Shown here piece by piece: positions 39,237 through 53,832 of a DNA stretch of 64,000 nt. Source of the DNA: Lytechinus pictus (Eukaryota); assembly GCF_037042905.1 (NCBI RefSeq), contig NC_087245.1, positions 20,772,001-20,836,000 on the forward strand, read 5' to 3'. A model generated the notes under the pieces. It searched no databases and was not told the origin of the DNA. It worked only from the letters and a program-made list of their open reading frames with translations. Both the position numbers and the translations under genes were made by a program. Position 1 is the stretch's first letter, and the number at the start of each line of letters is the position of its first letter.

Positions 39237-42099
39237 GGCGGACACGTTAAAGATATCACAATGTGAATATGCCAGCATCGCCCCAAAATGATTAAACATT
39301 TGGCCATATTATTTATCAATCAGCAGCTGTGAATCATGGCAGCCATCTTGTAAATAAAGATGGCTGACGAATCAATCGGACACATTATGTTTGCAACCCT
39401 GGGTATCAAATATAACGCATAGATCCCAACTTCTGAAATACAATCACCCATAAAAATCGTTTAATATGGGAAACTGCATAAAAAATGCCGCCATTTTGTT
39501 TTTTGCCGATTTGAGGATAAAAACGTCGGAATCAAGTTTGGCAAACAGCATTTTTGGATTCAGCACCCCTGAATTACCTTAAAACAATTGATAAATCAGC
39601 ATTAACACAAAATGCCTAAAGCACTTTTTCTGAGCACATTTTTTAAAATCTGGACCTGACTATAATAGTTCAGCATTTCCTTGGGTCCAATTTAATGTTA
39701 CCCAATGCCCAAATAGAGTGGTTCACCTCATCAACTTACATCAGCGTTATTTTAACACATTGTTCTTGATGCGCGTTGAAGCAAGGAGGTGAAGAAGATG
39801 GGACTCTGCACCTTTTTTCGGCTTCAGTGCTTGCTCCGAGGGCGATAATAGGGTTATCATTCTTATAAAAGCCGTCATGTTTTTTATGATTATCTTATAT
39901 TTCTCTTTAATATCCTCTCCTCTCTTGCCTTCATTTACTTTCATTTTAACCATTGTCTCCTCTACGACACAAGTCTATACCACCTCTGTTTTTAAACCTA
40001 TTTTGTAATGTGTCAACGAGTACCATATAAGTATGGGCTGAAGTGTGTATACGTGAGTGGATAATTGACTGTCTCTAACGTACTGGAATACCAGAAACAT
40101 CAAACATGTTTATGAATTATTCAATTTGATTTAAGCAAAAAAAATTCAAAGAACCAAAAAAGGATAATCCAAAGATTTTAACTCAGTAAAAGAAAGTATT
40201 CCATTATTCAGGATATAGTGGCATTGTTATACATCTTGCGAAATGTACGTTGTCCGGTTCGACGAAGATATCTCAATTTCTCTTTCTTTGCGGATTCGTT
40301 CTCACTTTCTCAACCTTTTCCCCTAAAATGTCTGTGGGTTACAACCATCAATTTATGGATGAGATAATGGATAAGGATAGTATTTATTCTCCTAGTTCCT
40401 GTGGTGTTTATTCGACCCCATCCATTCTAGACCATCTCTTTCTTATAACGGTTGGATCCTGGGAGTCATCGCTTAGAATTAGTGGTTAAACCGTGACTTA
40501 AGGACCACTGTCAATAATGATACCGCGTCGCTGACTGTGTAATTTTATTTGCAGGGGGCTTGGACATGTAAGAGGGGGAAAGTGAAGGAAAATTTAAGAA
40601 ATGGGATGTGCTCACTGAAAGGGCTGTGAAGTCGGTGTTGATCAGTGGACATTAACAGTTCTTAACTTAAGGACAAGGACGACGAAGTCAGTATTGATCA
40701 ATCGTATTCGGGAAGCTATCTAGGAGAAGAAAATCGCTGTTTTGTTGTATTTTTTGTTGTTTGATTTTGATTTAAATTTTTGAAGAACATGCTTGATTCT
40801 TGGTGAAAGATATCCATGAAACTTGCATGCCTTTTTATTCAAAATTGTATTTAACAAACATGTATGTTCCCCTTCAATATTGAATAAATTCATATTTTTT
40901 TTAGAGTGTATGAAAGAAGAAGTAAAGTAGACAGACCTATTGCCCCTCCCCTTTTATACCAAATTAGGTTAGACAACACTATAATTAGAAAAAATTAGAC
41001 TAAATGAATGTTTTTCATGGTATTCAAATTACTAAAAAGCAATTCTAAAGCGAGTGTTAGTTACCTTGCATTTTAACATAAAGCAACGGTTTAATAGCTT
41101 CTTTAGAAATTACAATGAAGGGTCGGATGATATGATATGTTCTACGTAGTGCGAAATATTTAATCGTAATATGTTCCCATTACTACAAACACGTGAAGCA
41201 TACTTCTGTGGGGCTAAATGACACACACAGTAATGTTGGAATATTTCTTCTAAAGTTCAACATTGTTTTGTTTGCTGAATTTCCAATACTACATTACATT
41301 TCGAAATTTATGTTTGCGTGTGCTTTTCCCGCCAATGAAACACTATGTTCGAGAGTTATCTGTTTTTATTTTTAACATATATTCTACTTCTGTTTTAATA
41401 ATGTGCTCCTTATCGGAAGTGTATGCCATCGACAGATAAGGCATGTCCAGCGTGCATGAACTGAAATAGAACACAAAACGCAATAGTTGCTTCATATCTC
41501 ACTAAGACGTGACACGTGACCTCGTGTTGTGCCCGCCGAACTATTTTCCCGCGCAAATCATTCCAATCACCTGCTGAGATTGCTATGCAACGGTTTGGTC
41601 TATCCCTGTAATAACATTTCTCTTTCTCAACAACCCCTCTCTCCATCAGATCCTTCTGGTTATCACATCTCTCCCTCTCTTTCTTCTCGCTCTCCCCCCC
41701 CCCCTCCTTTCTACCCCTGCTTTATTCTCTTTCTATCCACCTCTTCCTATCTTTATATTTCTCTTTATTTTCCGTCTCTGTCCCTCCTCCTGTCGGCAAA
41801 CTTTCTTTCCTGCTCTATTTCTGAGTAGGATTTTTACAAACAATGCAATCACAGGAAACCCAGTATTCATAATTTTCAATAAACGTTTCAGGGTTGCGTC
41901 AATTCATAACACTATAATTCACCCGGGCTGAATTGCTACCTGGAATCGACGATAACAAGTCACGCACTCCTCATATTTTCATGAAAAAAATACGAGATCA
42001 CGTAAATTAGTACATTGTCATCTTAGTAATTGATTTGAGATATATCAAAATGGTGAGAAGGATCTGCGCACTCACTGTTGCCAATGTACCTATTTGACT

Positions 42100-44344
42100 C
42101 CGATAAAGAGGGGTACCTTGGATAAATGATGATTTTTTTGGTGTTAGCACGCGAAAGGGATTATTATCGAAAGCAATTTAGAAAAACAAGATTAATTTAT
42201 TGGTGGAATAAATTTCAGTTTTCCCGTAACAGAGCTAATAACTTGATTAAAAATTTGAAAAAGAAGTATTATCAGGACAAATTTAAGGACTGCGAAAATG
42301 ACATAAAAAAGAACTGGAACATTTTATCGAAGCTTATACCTAAGAAAAATAAAACCACGAGTCATGATGTTAAATTAACAATTGATAATGATCAAATACC
42401 TAACAATGAAATAGCTCACGTTCTAAACAAAGCCTTTAATGAAGTCGGCTCAAGGTTGCAAGCCGCTTCGGGTAATTTCTCGAAAGATTTATTAAACAAT
42501 TTACAAACTCTGTTTATTCCAGATTGTGAATTTAAATTTTATGCAATAAAAAAGGAGTATGTTTTGAAAGAACTATTACATATTGATTGTTCGAAAGCGG
42601 TCGGAGTAGATGGCATTCACCCTAAGTTTCTTAAGCTGGCAGCAGAGAGTATAGCTGGCCCTTTAACCCATTTATTTAATGCAACTTTACAAACTAGTGT
42701 TATTCCAGAAGATTTTAAAACAGCAAGAATTACTCCTGTACATAAGGGAGGATCATTTGATATTGACAATTATAGACCAATTTCTGTGCTTCCAGTCCTG
42801 TCCAAAATACTAGAGAGAGCAATACATGATCAATTGTATAAGTACTTAAATGTAAATGATCTACTTGCAAATTGTCAGTCTGGCTTCAGACCGTCTTATT
42901 CTACTGCCACTTGTCTAACTGAGATTACAGACTTTTTGTATGATAAAATGGACCGAAAACATGTTACTGGTGGTATTTTCTTGGACTTACGCAAAGCTTT
43001 TGATGTTATTCCTCACAATTTTATACTTGCAAAACTTAAGTACTATGGTATTACTGGCAATAAATACAACTGGATGGAATCGTATTTAACAGACAGAAGG
43101 CAATTTGTAATGATTAACAGTTGTCGCAGTGAATTTTTGAAGATAAAATCAGGTGTCCCACAAGGATCTATACTGGGTTCATTGATATTTTGTATTTTCA
43201 TTAATGACATGTGTAATTTGAAATTGCATATACATTCTAAAATGTCTCTTTATGCTGATGATACCGCCATTTTTAATCACGGTTAATCAATTAAGGAGGT
43301 ACAAAAGTATTTGCAAGATGATTTTGATTCAATAAGTAAATGGCTAGACTTAAATAATATGCATTTACACCCGCAAAAACAAAAGCCATGGTATTTGGTC
43401 AAAAGAAAAAGTTGAGGGGTGCTCATTTGTCAGTGAAATTCAGGAACATACAATTAGAAAATGTAAAAAAGATTAAATACTTAGGTGTCATGCTTGATCC
43501 GGGCTTGACTTGGTGCGAACATAAATTATTACTAATATCGTTTGTAAAATATATCGGGCAATAGGTTGTGTAAGGCGGATTAAGCACTTACGGTCCTTTG
43601 ATATTATGAAGAAGCTGTACTTTTCTATGATTTTACCTTACATTGATTACTGTATTACATCTTGGGGAAGCAGTGCAAAAATACATTTAGATAAGATACA
43701 AAAACTTCAAAATAAATATGCCAGAATGCTTTTGAAAAACGATTATAATACATCACAAATTTCTTTGTTGCAGTCACTGAAGTGGCAATCAGTAGATCAG
43801 CGTATAAAATATCAGTATTATGTTCTTGTATATAAAATAATGAATGATTTAGTTCCAAATTATTTAAAACCTTTAGTATGTAAACGGCCCGTGAAATACA
43901 GGACACGGTATTCTTTACGATGCCCCCTTCAGCTTCCCAAAGCTAGAATTGAACATCTAATTTAAAAATCTTTCGCATATGTCGGACCCAAATTATTTAA
44001 TGCACTTCCTTCAAATTTACAAGTTTGTACCTCCTTGTTAGTTTTTAAAAAATTATGCAAAGCCTTTCATACGAATTGATAAAGAGCGAAATGATATTCC
44101 ATTGATTTACAATGCTATGTATGTTTAAATTGTCACTTCCCACTCTATATTTTGCTGTTAATTGTTTCTGATGTTAGATATTTTGTATTTTGTATTTTTG
44201 ATGTTGTATGTTGTTGTTGTTGTTCATAGTTATCTTGACATGTATTTTAAACTGCAGGGCGCCTTTGTAAAGCAGTTTTAAGAACTGAACAGGCCTACCC
44301 TGCAGTATAAAATAAATAAAACAAAATAAATAAATAAATAAATA
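42100..44344 (+). mobile_element. 5'-truncated non-LTR retrotransposon (L2/CR1 group, Crack/Daphne-like)
   Basis: RT ORF2 remnant, a 3' UTR with a CTGCAGGG..CCCTGCAG stem, and an (AAAT)n tail ending near 44344. The endonuclease domain is absent. Confidence 0.93.
42108..44080 (+). pseudogene. disrupted LINE ORF2 reverse transcriptase
   Basis: Motifs NYRPISVLPVLSKILE, QSGFR, FLDLRKAFD, GVPQGSILG, YADD (43251-43262) and KYLGV(M)LD. In-frame TAA at 43284-43286 and frameshifts near 42135, 43380 and 43525. Confidence 0.93.
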
Positions 44345-45676
44345 TTGAACGCTCCCGAATGCTGCCCAAAGGTGAAATACATTCATGGTGCACCTGCTGA
44401 ATTAATCAAGCTAAAGGCAGAAGACCCCCATACCCCCTCCCATAGCCACCCCAAATTAAGACCCCACCCCCGTGACACTTATAAACATTAGACTGCTGCC
44501 ATTCATACCCCACCCCTCCAGTGAAAATCCCTCAGAGTTCGATCTAAACGAGCTCCAAATCGTGCCTTGAATTTTGCCGCCGTTAATGATGTAAAAATGC
44601 TCCTCGAAAGATCTTCTCGGTTGGAGCCGAATTTGAAATGCTGATATTTCTCTCCCGGAAATACGGCAGATTTGCCTCGGAAACGGTTATCCGATTACCG
44701 CCGCGCTTTTGCATATGATTAAATTACAGAATCATTACTCTTTTATATACGGCTTGGGAAGGCTACAGGTCCCTGGAATGACTCCATTTGCATTTCACTC
44801 TTTTTTTGTTTTACCCTCAAGGAGGAATTATATTTGGCGAATGACTAAAGCTGTTAAGTCAAAGATTTTTTTACCACGCAAAATGTATCCATAATTTTGT
44901 CTTGTTTAAACAAAATAGACGGATAGATTTACATAGGGGATACAGTGTTGAGAAAGGGGGGAGAGAAAGGATGAGATGAAGAGGAGGAGAGAGGAAATAG
45001 AACGAGATGGAGAAGAGGGATAGAAAATAAAGAGAAGTCACTACATGCAGAGTAAAGGGTGAGAGAAAAGAAGAAGAGAGGGAGAGAAAAGAAGCAGAAA
45101 TGATGTAAAAGACGTAAAGGGATACACAGAGGGGGAAATGAAAAAAAAGAGAAAAAGAAAGGGAGAGATTGGAGTCAGGGGGGGGGGCGAATCAACAGGG
45201 GTACTGAGGTGTTTTGCTCCACTTTAACTGCTACATATGCGTCGATGAGTTTGTTTCTCTTTTTGATATTGTTCACCCAAGAACAATCGTAATATACTTT
45301 TGCATCATTACGTTTAGTATATAATTATGTAACAAGTAAGCAACATAGATATTATAATTATTCATTCATCTGTAAATACATCTTCCAAACAATCTTGTAT
45401 AGGACTTTTGGTTTTGGAATGGCAAAGTTTTTTTACTACAAACTATAAACACTTTGTAACTTAATGAATAGTTTCAGGTTCCTTTCTGATGAAATGGAGC
45501 AGAGGTATTTTGCTATTTAAAAATCTTACCTCTCCAAAATGAGACGACTGCTGTTGCCAAACATCTTTTGAAAGATCACTGGCTGGTTTATTTTTCCCAA
45601 TTTCCGATGATGCTTTGTCATGGAAATAAATGATACTGATTTCTCTGTAGTTTTCAGTATACAATAACAATTAGTA

Positions 45677-45933
45677 CACAATAAACCCGCTGTATGAAAT
45701 TTAATACACGCTGTTTACGATATGAACCTTTACAGTAATTGTTTAAAAAACCATGACCAGTTTCAACAACCAAGACCAAATATTCAGGAATAACAATTGA
45801 GAAATAAACTTTCTTGTTTAAAATTTCAAACAATATTCTTATTGTTTAAATTGTTAACGACAAATGTAAAGTTCATGTTAAACGGCGTTGTATAAATAAA
45901 AAAAAATCAAACTTGAAACAGCGTTTTACTGTG
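45677..45933. mobile_element. CACA..TGTG MITE (AT-rich, TTGTTTAA subrepeats)
   Basis: CACAATAAACCCGCTGT / ACAGCGTTTTACTGTG inverted ends. A similar degenerate element lies at about 56903-57100. Confidence 0.6.
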
Positions 45934-48900
45934 CAGTTTAATTTACGAATAAAGAATGTTTGATACGACATTGAGAATTGAATGCCTACATCTCTCTCGC
46001 TTTAAGAAAATCTTGGATGATTACCATTCTCGAATTCGTCACCCATTTCCACCATTTTACCTCGATCTGTCTTAATTATGGTTCCACTTATTGCTCCCAT
46101 AAACAAAAACCCTCTATCGCAAGCTTCATTTAAATCCAATAATGTTTTATGTTGAATACCCATTAAGAACTGTGCTAGGAAGAGGCACGACTTGGAGAGA
46201 TTTATATTCCTATCTGTTTATTTTACCGAGTTCGTTCTTGCCTGACTTGGATGCAAATCATTGGCTCATTCCATCTCGAAATGTCTAATTTCTTTAATTC
46301 AGGAGGCGTGATTCACCTTTAGTCGGCTAGCACGAACGAGCAAGGGACTTCTTGTCATTCTTCCGCTGCTTCAGTTAATCTTGATTTGATATATGGTATC
46401 TAATTTGACATTACACCATTTAATATTTAACTGAACGTCATAGGCCTATTCATAATTATTCTACGTTCGCGAACGTATATAGTATAGCAATATTCATAAT
46501 CAAGAGATGGACATTGGCAGACACCGCAGCAAACTGGGTAAACGTTGGCATTTTTTTATAGTTTTAAATAAAAATTTGTAATGATATTTATCACCAGTAT
46601 CCAGTTTTAGTCAGGCCTGTTTATTGGAATGGATGGTATCTAGTCATTCTTCTATTTCCAGACGTTGTAAAATAATATCTTTTTTATAATCATTTGCGAG
46701 ATATTATCTTCTATTTAATTATTTTCGTATAGTGACAATTGAGTACCATATGATTTAGACAGAAAGTGCTGTTTTTTCTGCTCCGAAATATTGTACAGAC
46801 AGACAGCGTTGGCTCTATACACCATAATGAAGTGTGTACACAGTCCCTGGTAGAACGATATAATGAATGGCAAACCCATTCAAGACACCCTTGACAGAAA
46901 ACAATACGCAACCAGTTTGTTGGACATGACGAAGATGCATCACGCAGACATTGCAAAATAAATCGTAGACAGTTCTTTGTTTCAGCGCACGTAACGCTAC
47001 GTAGCCGTCAACTATAAAGGTGTGACATTTCACGGCCCTCGGGAGACGTTCGGTGTGGTCGCAACTTACTGTCTATGGTTTATCTTGGTAGAATAACAAT
47101 TGTGACACACACCACTATTAAGAGTGCAAAGACATCGATCAGGTTTTGGGGAGAGAAGTTTTTAGAGAGCAGCAGGATAGAAAATATCCAATGAATTTAC
47201 AGTACAGTGATTAATCACTGATAGTCATAGAAATGAAAAAAAGTCTCCCACGAATATTAGCAAGCTTCAATTCGAAGCTGATTCTTTTTCTTCAAAATGG
47301 TTATTAATATTTAATACACCTTAATTTCATAGCAGAAACAACAGCTACATGTGCACTGAAAATGGCTTTCTACGTATACGAATTATTTTTCAAGAATAAG
47401 AAGAATGTTCAACATAATAATTATGGAAACAAAACTTATTTCAATGGTACATGAAATATGACTTGATGAAGCATTTATCCTTCCTTTTATACAGTTCCAT
47501 TAATAGGTCTACACCCATTATTGAACTATTGTTTTCCACCAGTCGATTAAAGGAAATGATAATTAACTCAATCTTTATACATCTTGAAATGCAAAATCGA
47601 AAATTTATTAAGAAAAATATGCGATGGATATATAATCGAGCTTGAAATGGTTCATAATTGGCAACAGTCTAAACAGTTAATTCCTTAATCCATGTCATTT
47701 ATTTATCTCATCATACAGTGTCAAATGTTTTATTTCTAGACTACGAGCTTTCCCATTTGGTATCGGTTGAGTATTTTGAACGATTGGGAGTGCTACATGA
47801 TTATTAGTGATGACTTAAACACGCCACGACGCCCATAACCAAACATTACTGCTGACAAATGTCTAATTTAAAAAGGTATTCCTTTAAATCTGCACTACTA
47901 TAATAATGACGAAACCTTGGAGTAAATACATTGTTGAGTTCATTATATTGGCTGTTACTGAACTTCATATTCACACCTCAAAATTACATTTGTAATGATT
48001 TATTTGCATTACCAGTTTCGTAAAATAATAATCCAATGTAATTTTAAGCACCATTTTGATAAAATGTACATGTAGAATATCATCACTTCATACCGATGTC
48101 AGAATTACACGACAATGACCACCTCTCAGTATGCCATTAGGTCAATATTGTGTATTTAAATTCACCATATAGAATCACATCACGTCATGGAGACAAATTA
48201 TCATCGTGATGTTTTTTTTTCTTTTTTTTTCGATACTACCAAATTGTAACATAAAATGAAAATTTTATGTTTGTGTGATCGCGATGGTATCTTGTGGAGA
48301 TGTCCAAAGGGTAATATATCCGCATTTCAGTAACAGAATATCTTCTACTTATATTGTAACAAGCATGATACCTGGGCATATAATAAGTGTCTCTCGGTAA
48401 GATATTTCTTGACTCATACTTATTTTCCTCAATTAAAGATACCAAACCATTACTCAAATTTTTGTGTTTTTTAAATTTATTGTCTGATTGATATGAAAAT
48501 GATTTAATTTCCATTTTTCAATTACAGATCTAGTTATCCGTAGTATATCTGGTATACCTGCAGTTTGAATTGACACATAAATTAACGACAAAGTAATCAA
48601 AATTAAATCTAATCTAACGAGGAATCACAAGTTGCATGGGATGGATTCGATTTCAACCTCACCCCTGGCGGTGTTTTACCGAGATATATCGGTCTCTCTG
48701 AGAAAACAATTTGTCAACATATATTTTCAACCATCCTGGATTTCATAACTGTAACTTTAACCCACATGAGTGATATTTCTGTCTAAGCATAACGATGCAA
48801 CGCAACAGCTGTGTTGATGGATCCATATGTGAACATGAATGATTAGTGCGTTGGGATAACAATGGCGACAATATAGAGGCGACTCATACACCCCGGTGAG

Positions 48901-51900
48901 ACGAGAAAAGTCACGCACGTACGAGGAAAAAAATATGCGGATGGTGGGGGGGGGGGGGGTTCACCACATTCTCTTAGTACCGATAAGTGATTTCATCTGC
49001 GTGTTGCGATTATCATGAATATTTGAGACTTCGGCATTCAACATTGATACAGCTTGCACAGACTATACATACATTGTTAACCTCGCCCTTCTTCAGTAAT
49101 TTAAAAGGCCTTTGGAATACGATTTTTGTTACGTAGTAAACAGTAAATCGAATTGACTTGTATTATTGGGACGTTTCCCTGAGCCATCTCAGCCATATGA
49201 AATATTATTTCAGATTAATGCATCATGACAAAAATCTTTATTGAGGTAAAAAAAGAGTAAAATGTATTCTTACTCCCTGGCGCTATGATAAGACCGATGG
49301 AGTATGTACGTTATTCATTGTATCATTATCTCTCCCACACACGCACACACACCCACTCTCTCTCTCTTTGTTTGTTTTGTATATCACTCTTGAGAAAACA
49401 ACCCAGTATTTTCCACAATCGCTTTCTGTTCTATCATTGTATTGGTCATAATTATACTGGCAACAGCAGCAATCTTATAGTACAAAAGTCAGCAGCAATA
49501 AGGGTATTAGTAGTAATAATCTATAAAAAAATCATTGCGTAGCAGCATGAACCATCAGCATTTGTAGTAGATATATTAAATGCTATCATGCGTGTAGAAA
49601 ATAATTGAAATGAAAACAGAGGTTTTTTAATTCATGTGGACGTAAATGAACTTTTGAAGGTTACTCAAGTACGCCACCAGACGTGAAAAGCGACAAAAAG
49701 TACAGTAAATTTAATTGGTCATAATTTTACCAAAAATACACTCTACGTGACAGCTTTGTTCACCACTAAAGTTGTCGATTCAATCAATAGTTCACGCTTG
49801 ATATTTCCCAGGTGGTTTGCCTTCTAAAAATACACAAATCTAGGGGAGAGAATATTGCTCGCTCTACCACGCGGAAGAACTTGAATTCCTTTAAATTTTG
49901 TGACCGTGCAGAATCTACGAGAAAAACTAACAAAATATTTATAAGCTCTATCTTGACAAGCGTAACTGAGGAGGGAGGGGGGGGGGCAGAAGACCATTTA
50001 TGACTGGAAAGTGCTGTGGTAATAACATTTGACCCTTATTATTTTATTTTGTTACGGGGCATGTGGTCCCCTCCCCATTAATATTATTTATATTAATTTT
50101 GCCCAGGGCACAATTGGAGTTGTTTGTCTTGCCCCGATCCCTTCCAATATCAACTGTGAACAAATAAGTATATAAATCAATGAATAAATGAAAATCAAGA
50201 ACTTATCTTGGTTGTGCCTGCAATGTTGGAATATATTCTTTACCCCATCTTTCACTAGACAAATGTATTTGTCCAAATTGTAAGCACGTATTATTATTTG
50301 ATAATCTTCTGGCTTGCTCCAACCCCCTCCACTCCAATATGCCATTAAAGATACAACTGCTTGATTATGTCATCTTAAGTGGCTTTGTTTCTCATTCTGC
50401 TGTTTTGAGTGCTCCATATAGCTGACATCGAAGACATGATACGATGTACTTAATACTGAGTCTCAGCCGGTATGAGCGGTTTTATTGGAAAACTAATCGG
50501 TAGGATCTCAAATGAACTTCGCTGCAAAGAGCATCGTCATGCTTTTTTACGTTTGATACGATCTTGAGCGCTGTTTGACTTGGCCTCGTGATCGGGTTTA
50601 AAGGAAAGAATCAGTGGCAGATATTATTTTAAAAATGGAGATGGAGAGGTATGAAGAAGAGAAATAAATGATAGAGGATAACCAGAGAGGTATGGAGAGA
50701 TACAGAGATACATATAGGGAGAGAGTGAAAGGGAACATTAGAAAGATAGAAAGGTAGAAAGAAAGAGAAAGAGGAAGAAAGGTAAAAAAGTAAAGAGAGA
50801 GAGGGAGGGGGAATGCAATCAAACACGGTGCATTCCCTAGACTGATGTCTCCTACCATTCGAAATATAAACGGTAGTCAACAGTTATAGGTTCATATCTA
50901 TAGTAGATAATCTAAAAACGACAACAAATAAACTCTATGAACATTGCTTTTATGAAGAAGAATAATGCCCGGTTGAGTATGGGAAGTCTCGCCACGATCA
51001 GCATTGGTGGAAAATCAATGTTCTGGATATCTTTGAAAAAATACCGACTTAACCCTTCATTCTGAAATCAAACTGGCTTGGAATATGTTAATGGTCTATT
51101 AGCAACACGTACCATGTCCATTTAATGTAAATCTGTTCTATTTATTAAATCTAATTGGTGCGAGGCCAGTCATTACGTAACGTTTGCTTGATGGTTTAAA
51201 CTTCTGTTAGATTACAAGATGTTCCTGTCTTTTGTTTTGGAGGAAAAGTGAAGACATGCTTTTTAAATATGTATACTCCATTATGCACAGAGAGAATTTT
51301 CTCTCTTATTTTGTTTTTCCCTTCCACATTTTTTCGTCTCTCCAGCTTTTTATTTTGAATATCATTTTATTCTTCTCATTATATTTTTGTTCGTCCTTTT
51401 TCTTCTCTGTTATCTTAATTTTACATGTTTTCAATTACATTTTTTTCTCTTCTTATATTAACATTATTGATAGAATTACATCTTTTATTATTAATTTTAG
51501 TATCAAAATCGTTCTGAGTTGCATTTTTATTTGTAAAAACCTTGTTCGTTTATATCCTTTTATCCCGCTTTATTTTGCTTGCTCCCCACCCCCCTCTCTA
51601 TACCCCTGTCTTTTTCTCCATCTCTTTCTCTGTTTATGTATATCTTCATGTACTCCATCTACCCCGTTTCTCTGTTTCTCTATTGACTATACTTGACCCG
51701 TAATTTTCATCTCCAAACAATTCGCTCTTGTCTAGCCAATTTGCGCGATTGGTATACGAGCCCGTTTCCACTTACGAACGATACTTTGTTAAAGTGGACA
51801 CTCCACATGAATTACCTTCACACTCGGTGACCGGGCAGCCTCACTTGTAGCTGGGACAGTCACCAAAACAGATACACTTCCAACGACAGACTTTCCCCGG

Positions 51901-53540
51901 GGCGTTCATTTTCACCTTTGCATCATTATACACTCTCAATGCAGGCGTGGGAGAGAGACAGTCTATAAACAGATATTGGCGGGGATGTCTTCTTGGATGA
52001 GTAAGATCACCTGTCAACTTACGGGCTTCCCACGCACTTGTTTTGATGTTGGCTTAAGTGTAGAAAATAAATATGATGGCGGGAATTCCGAATCTACAGG
52101 TATAGTTATACGAGATAACTTGTAATGATATTCGTTGAAATTTTAAAGCTTTGTTTGATTTATGAAGCAGCCAATTCTAATTTGAACAGGTACATTATGA
52201 ATGTCATAAAACTTAACGTTTCTCAAAGACAGTCAGTTACGCCACAATTAAACTGTAATGGTGATCATCAACGCCAATGCCAAATCGGGAGCACAAAATG
52301 ATAATGGAAAAAACTATTTTTTTATAGATGATATGCCGATAACAGAGCCTTTTATAGAAGTGCAGACATAAATCCTGTTCATTAACGATTTTTGGTTGAT
52401 CCTTTACAATGCTATAAGTAAAAACACAGTGGTAGCTTTTCAACTTTCCCTATATAATTTTAGGAAGAACAATACCCACCTCGTTTGCGATGATGTGCCC
52501 ATGCTACTTTAGAGCGTCAAGTATATTAATCAACCACACCAGCTTTCTGTATTCGAATTGATTAATGTCATTTAAAGTTAATGATTACTACGTGTATTCA
52601 CGAAGTGCATGTGCATTACCGAGTCTTCTTTGAAAAGCCGCCAGGAATTGTGTAAACGGACTATGAAATCTGCTAATACATGGCTATGACAAGTACTGTA
52701 TAAGATTTCGGGGTTCAATGTATATTACCTGGGTGTATTCTATTAAGAAAAAAAAAGAAATTTATATAGTTTATGATAGTGGACATGAGTTTGAGTAGGT
52801 CGCAGAATGATGAATCACCCTCGAAGAAGAACTCTTCTGTGAATGCAGGGTATACCGCACACCGTCTTTCTGGTTTTCAAGACACATATTTTCACAAAAT
52901 GGCGTGGGTTTTGGAAACAACCCACGCTACTGGTTCCTTTGTTGGTTGCATAATTAGTGCTTGGAATAGAGTACCATATTCATTATATTTTGAATCAAGA
53001 TTCTGAATATATATCTATTCGATGATTTTCGAATTTATGCGTTCAGTGATGTATGGAAAAGATATATTGGATGTAATATCCACCAAAAATTTTCCTTGCA
53101 ACATGCGATTGAGTTTATTCTTATCTTAGTAATAATCACATTTAAAATGAATTTGCATCTTTCCTGTAGAACTTAGACTTATAGCTATGCTACTTTAACG
53201 GGATGTAATACACTCTTTGTCACCAATGCATTCTCGAGAGATCTATTGTTTCATAACGAATAAAATATTGAAAGAAACAGTGTAGAAATTAGATTCCTCT
53301 TCTGTTCTAATTAAGATTCATTAATGCGTGCTTGAGAAGATCGTATCACTTGCATGTATTGCATACGACCATGCTCTTCGCTTGTCATGTAGTGGGGAAT
53401 ATGGATTACACGTTTAAAATGAAGCATCGGATAAATGCCAGTCAGCCCGCTTGACATTGTGTAATCAAAAGAAAATAAATGAAGCTACTATATTTTCAAG
53501 TTTTGTTGAAAAAACTAAGCTTTTATGCACGTGTTAAAAG

Positions 53541-53832
53541 TGATTCTAGGACATCTACCCCCTGGACATCCACCCCCCGGACATCTACCACCCGGACATC
53601 CACCCCCCGGACATCCACCCCCTTAGGACAAGTACCCCCTAGGACAAGTACCACCTAGGACATTTACCCCCCGGACATCTACCCCCCGGACATCTACCCC
53701 CCGGACATCTACCCCCCGGACGTTTACCCCCGGACATCCTTAGATGTCCTAAGGGGTGGATGTCCGGGGGGTGGATGTCCGGGTGGTGGATGTCCGGGGG
53801 GTGGATGTCCAGGGGGTAGATGTCCGGATACG
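53541..53832. mobile_element. foldback mini-transposon made of head-to-head 15-bp GGACATCTACCCCCC arrays
   Basis: About 12 forward units followed by about 5-6 inverted units. 8-bp flanking repeat GTTAAAAG (53533-53540) / GTTAAGAG (53833-53840). Confidence 0.8.

Larger units (their letters stand above)
36467..39662. mobile_element. 3.2-kb non-autonomous DNA transposon with long TIRs (TAG..CTA ends, Academ-like)
   Basis: TAGTCAGGTCCAGATTT / AAATCTGGACCTGACTA, with imperfect inverted similarity over about 170 bp. Flanks GAA / TAA. No transposase ORF. Superfamily call is inference. Confidence 0.8.

Noticed and set aside
46305..46352. miR-375-like sequence on the minus strand
   Set aside because: The seed and body differ from the conserved mature sequence as I recall it, and I see no convincing precursor hairpin.
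51940..52040. Paired Su(H)/CSL sites
   Set aside because: Only one perfect site (TTCCCACG, about 52027). The partner is imperfect and the spacing is far longer than a canonical paired site.
53541..53832. CRISPR-like repeat array
   Set aside because: Units are contiguous with no unique spacers, they invert mid-array, there are no cas genes, and the context is eukaryotic. The same applies to 61087-61506.
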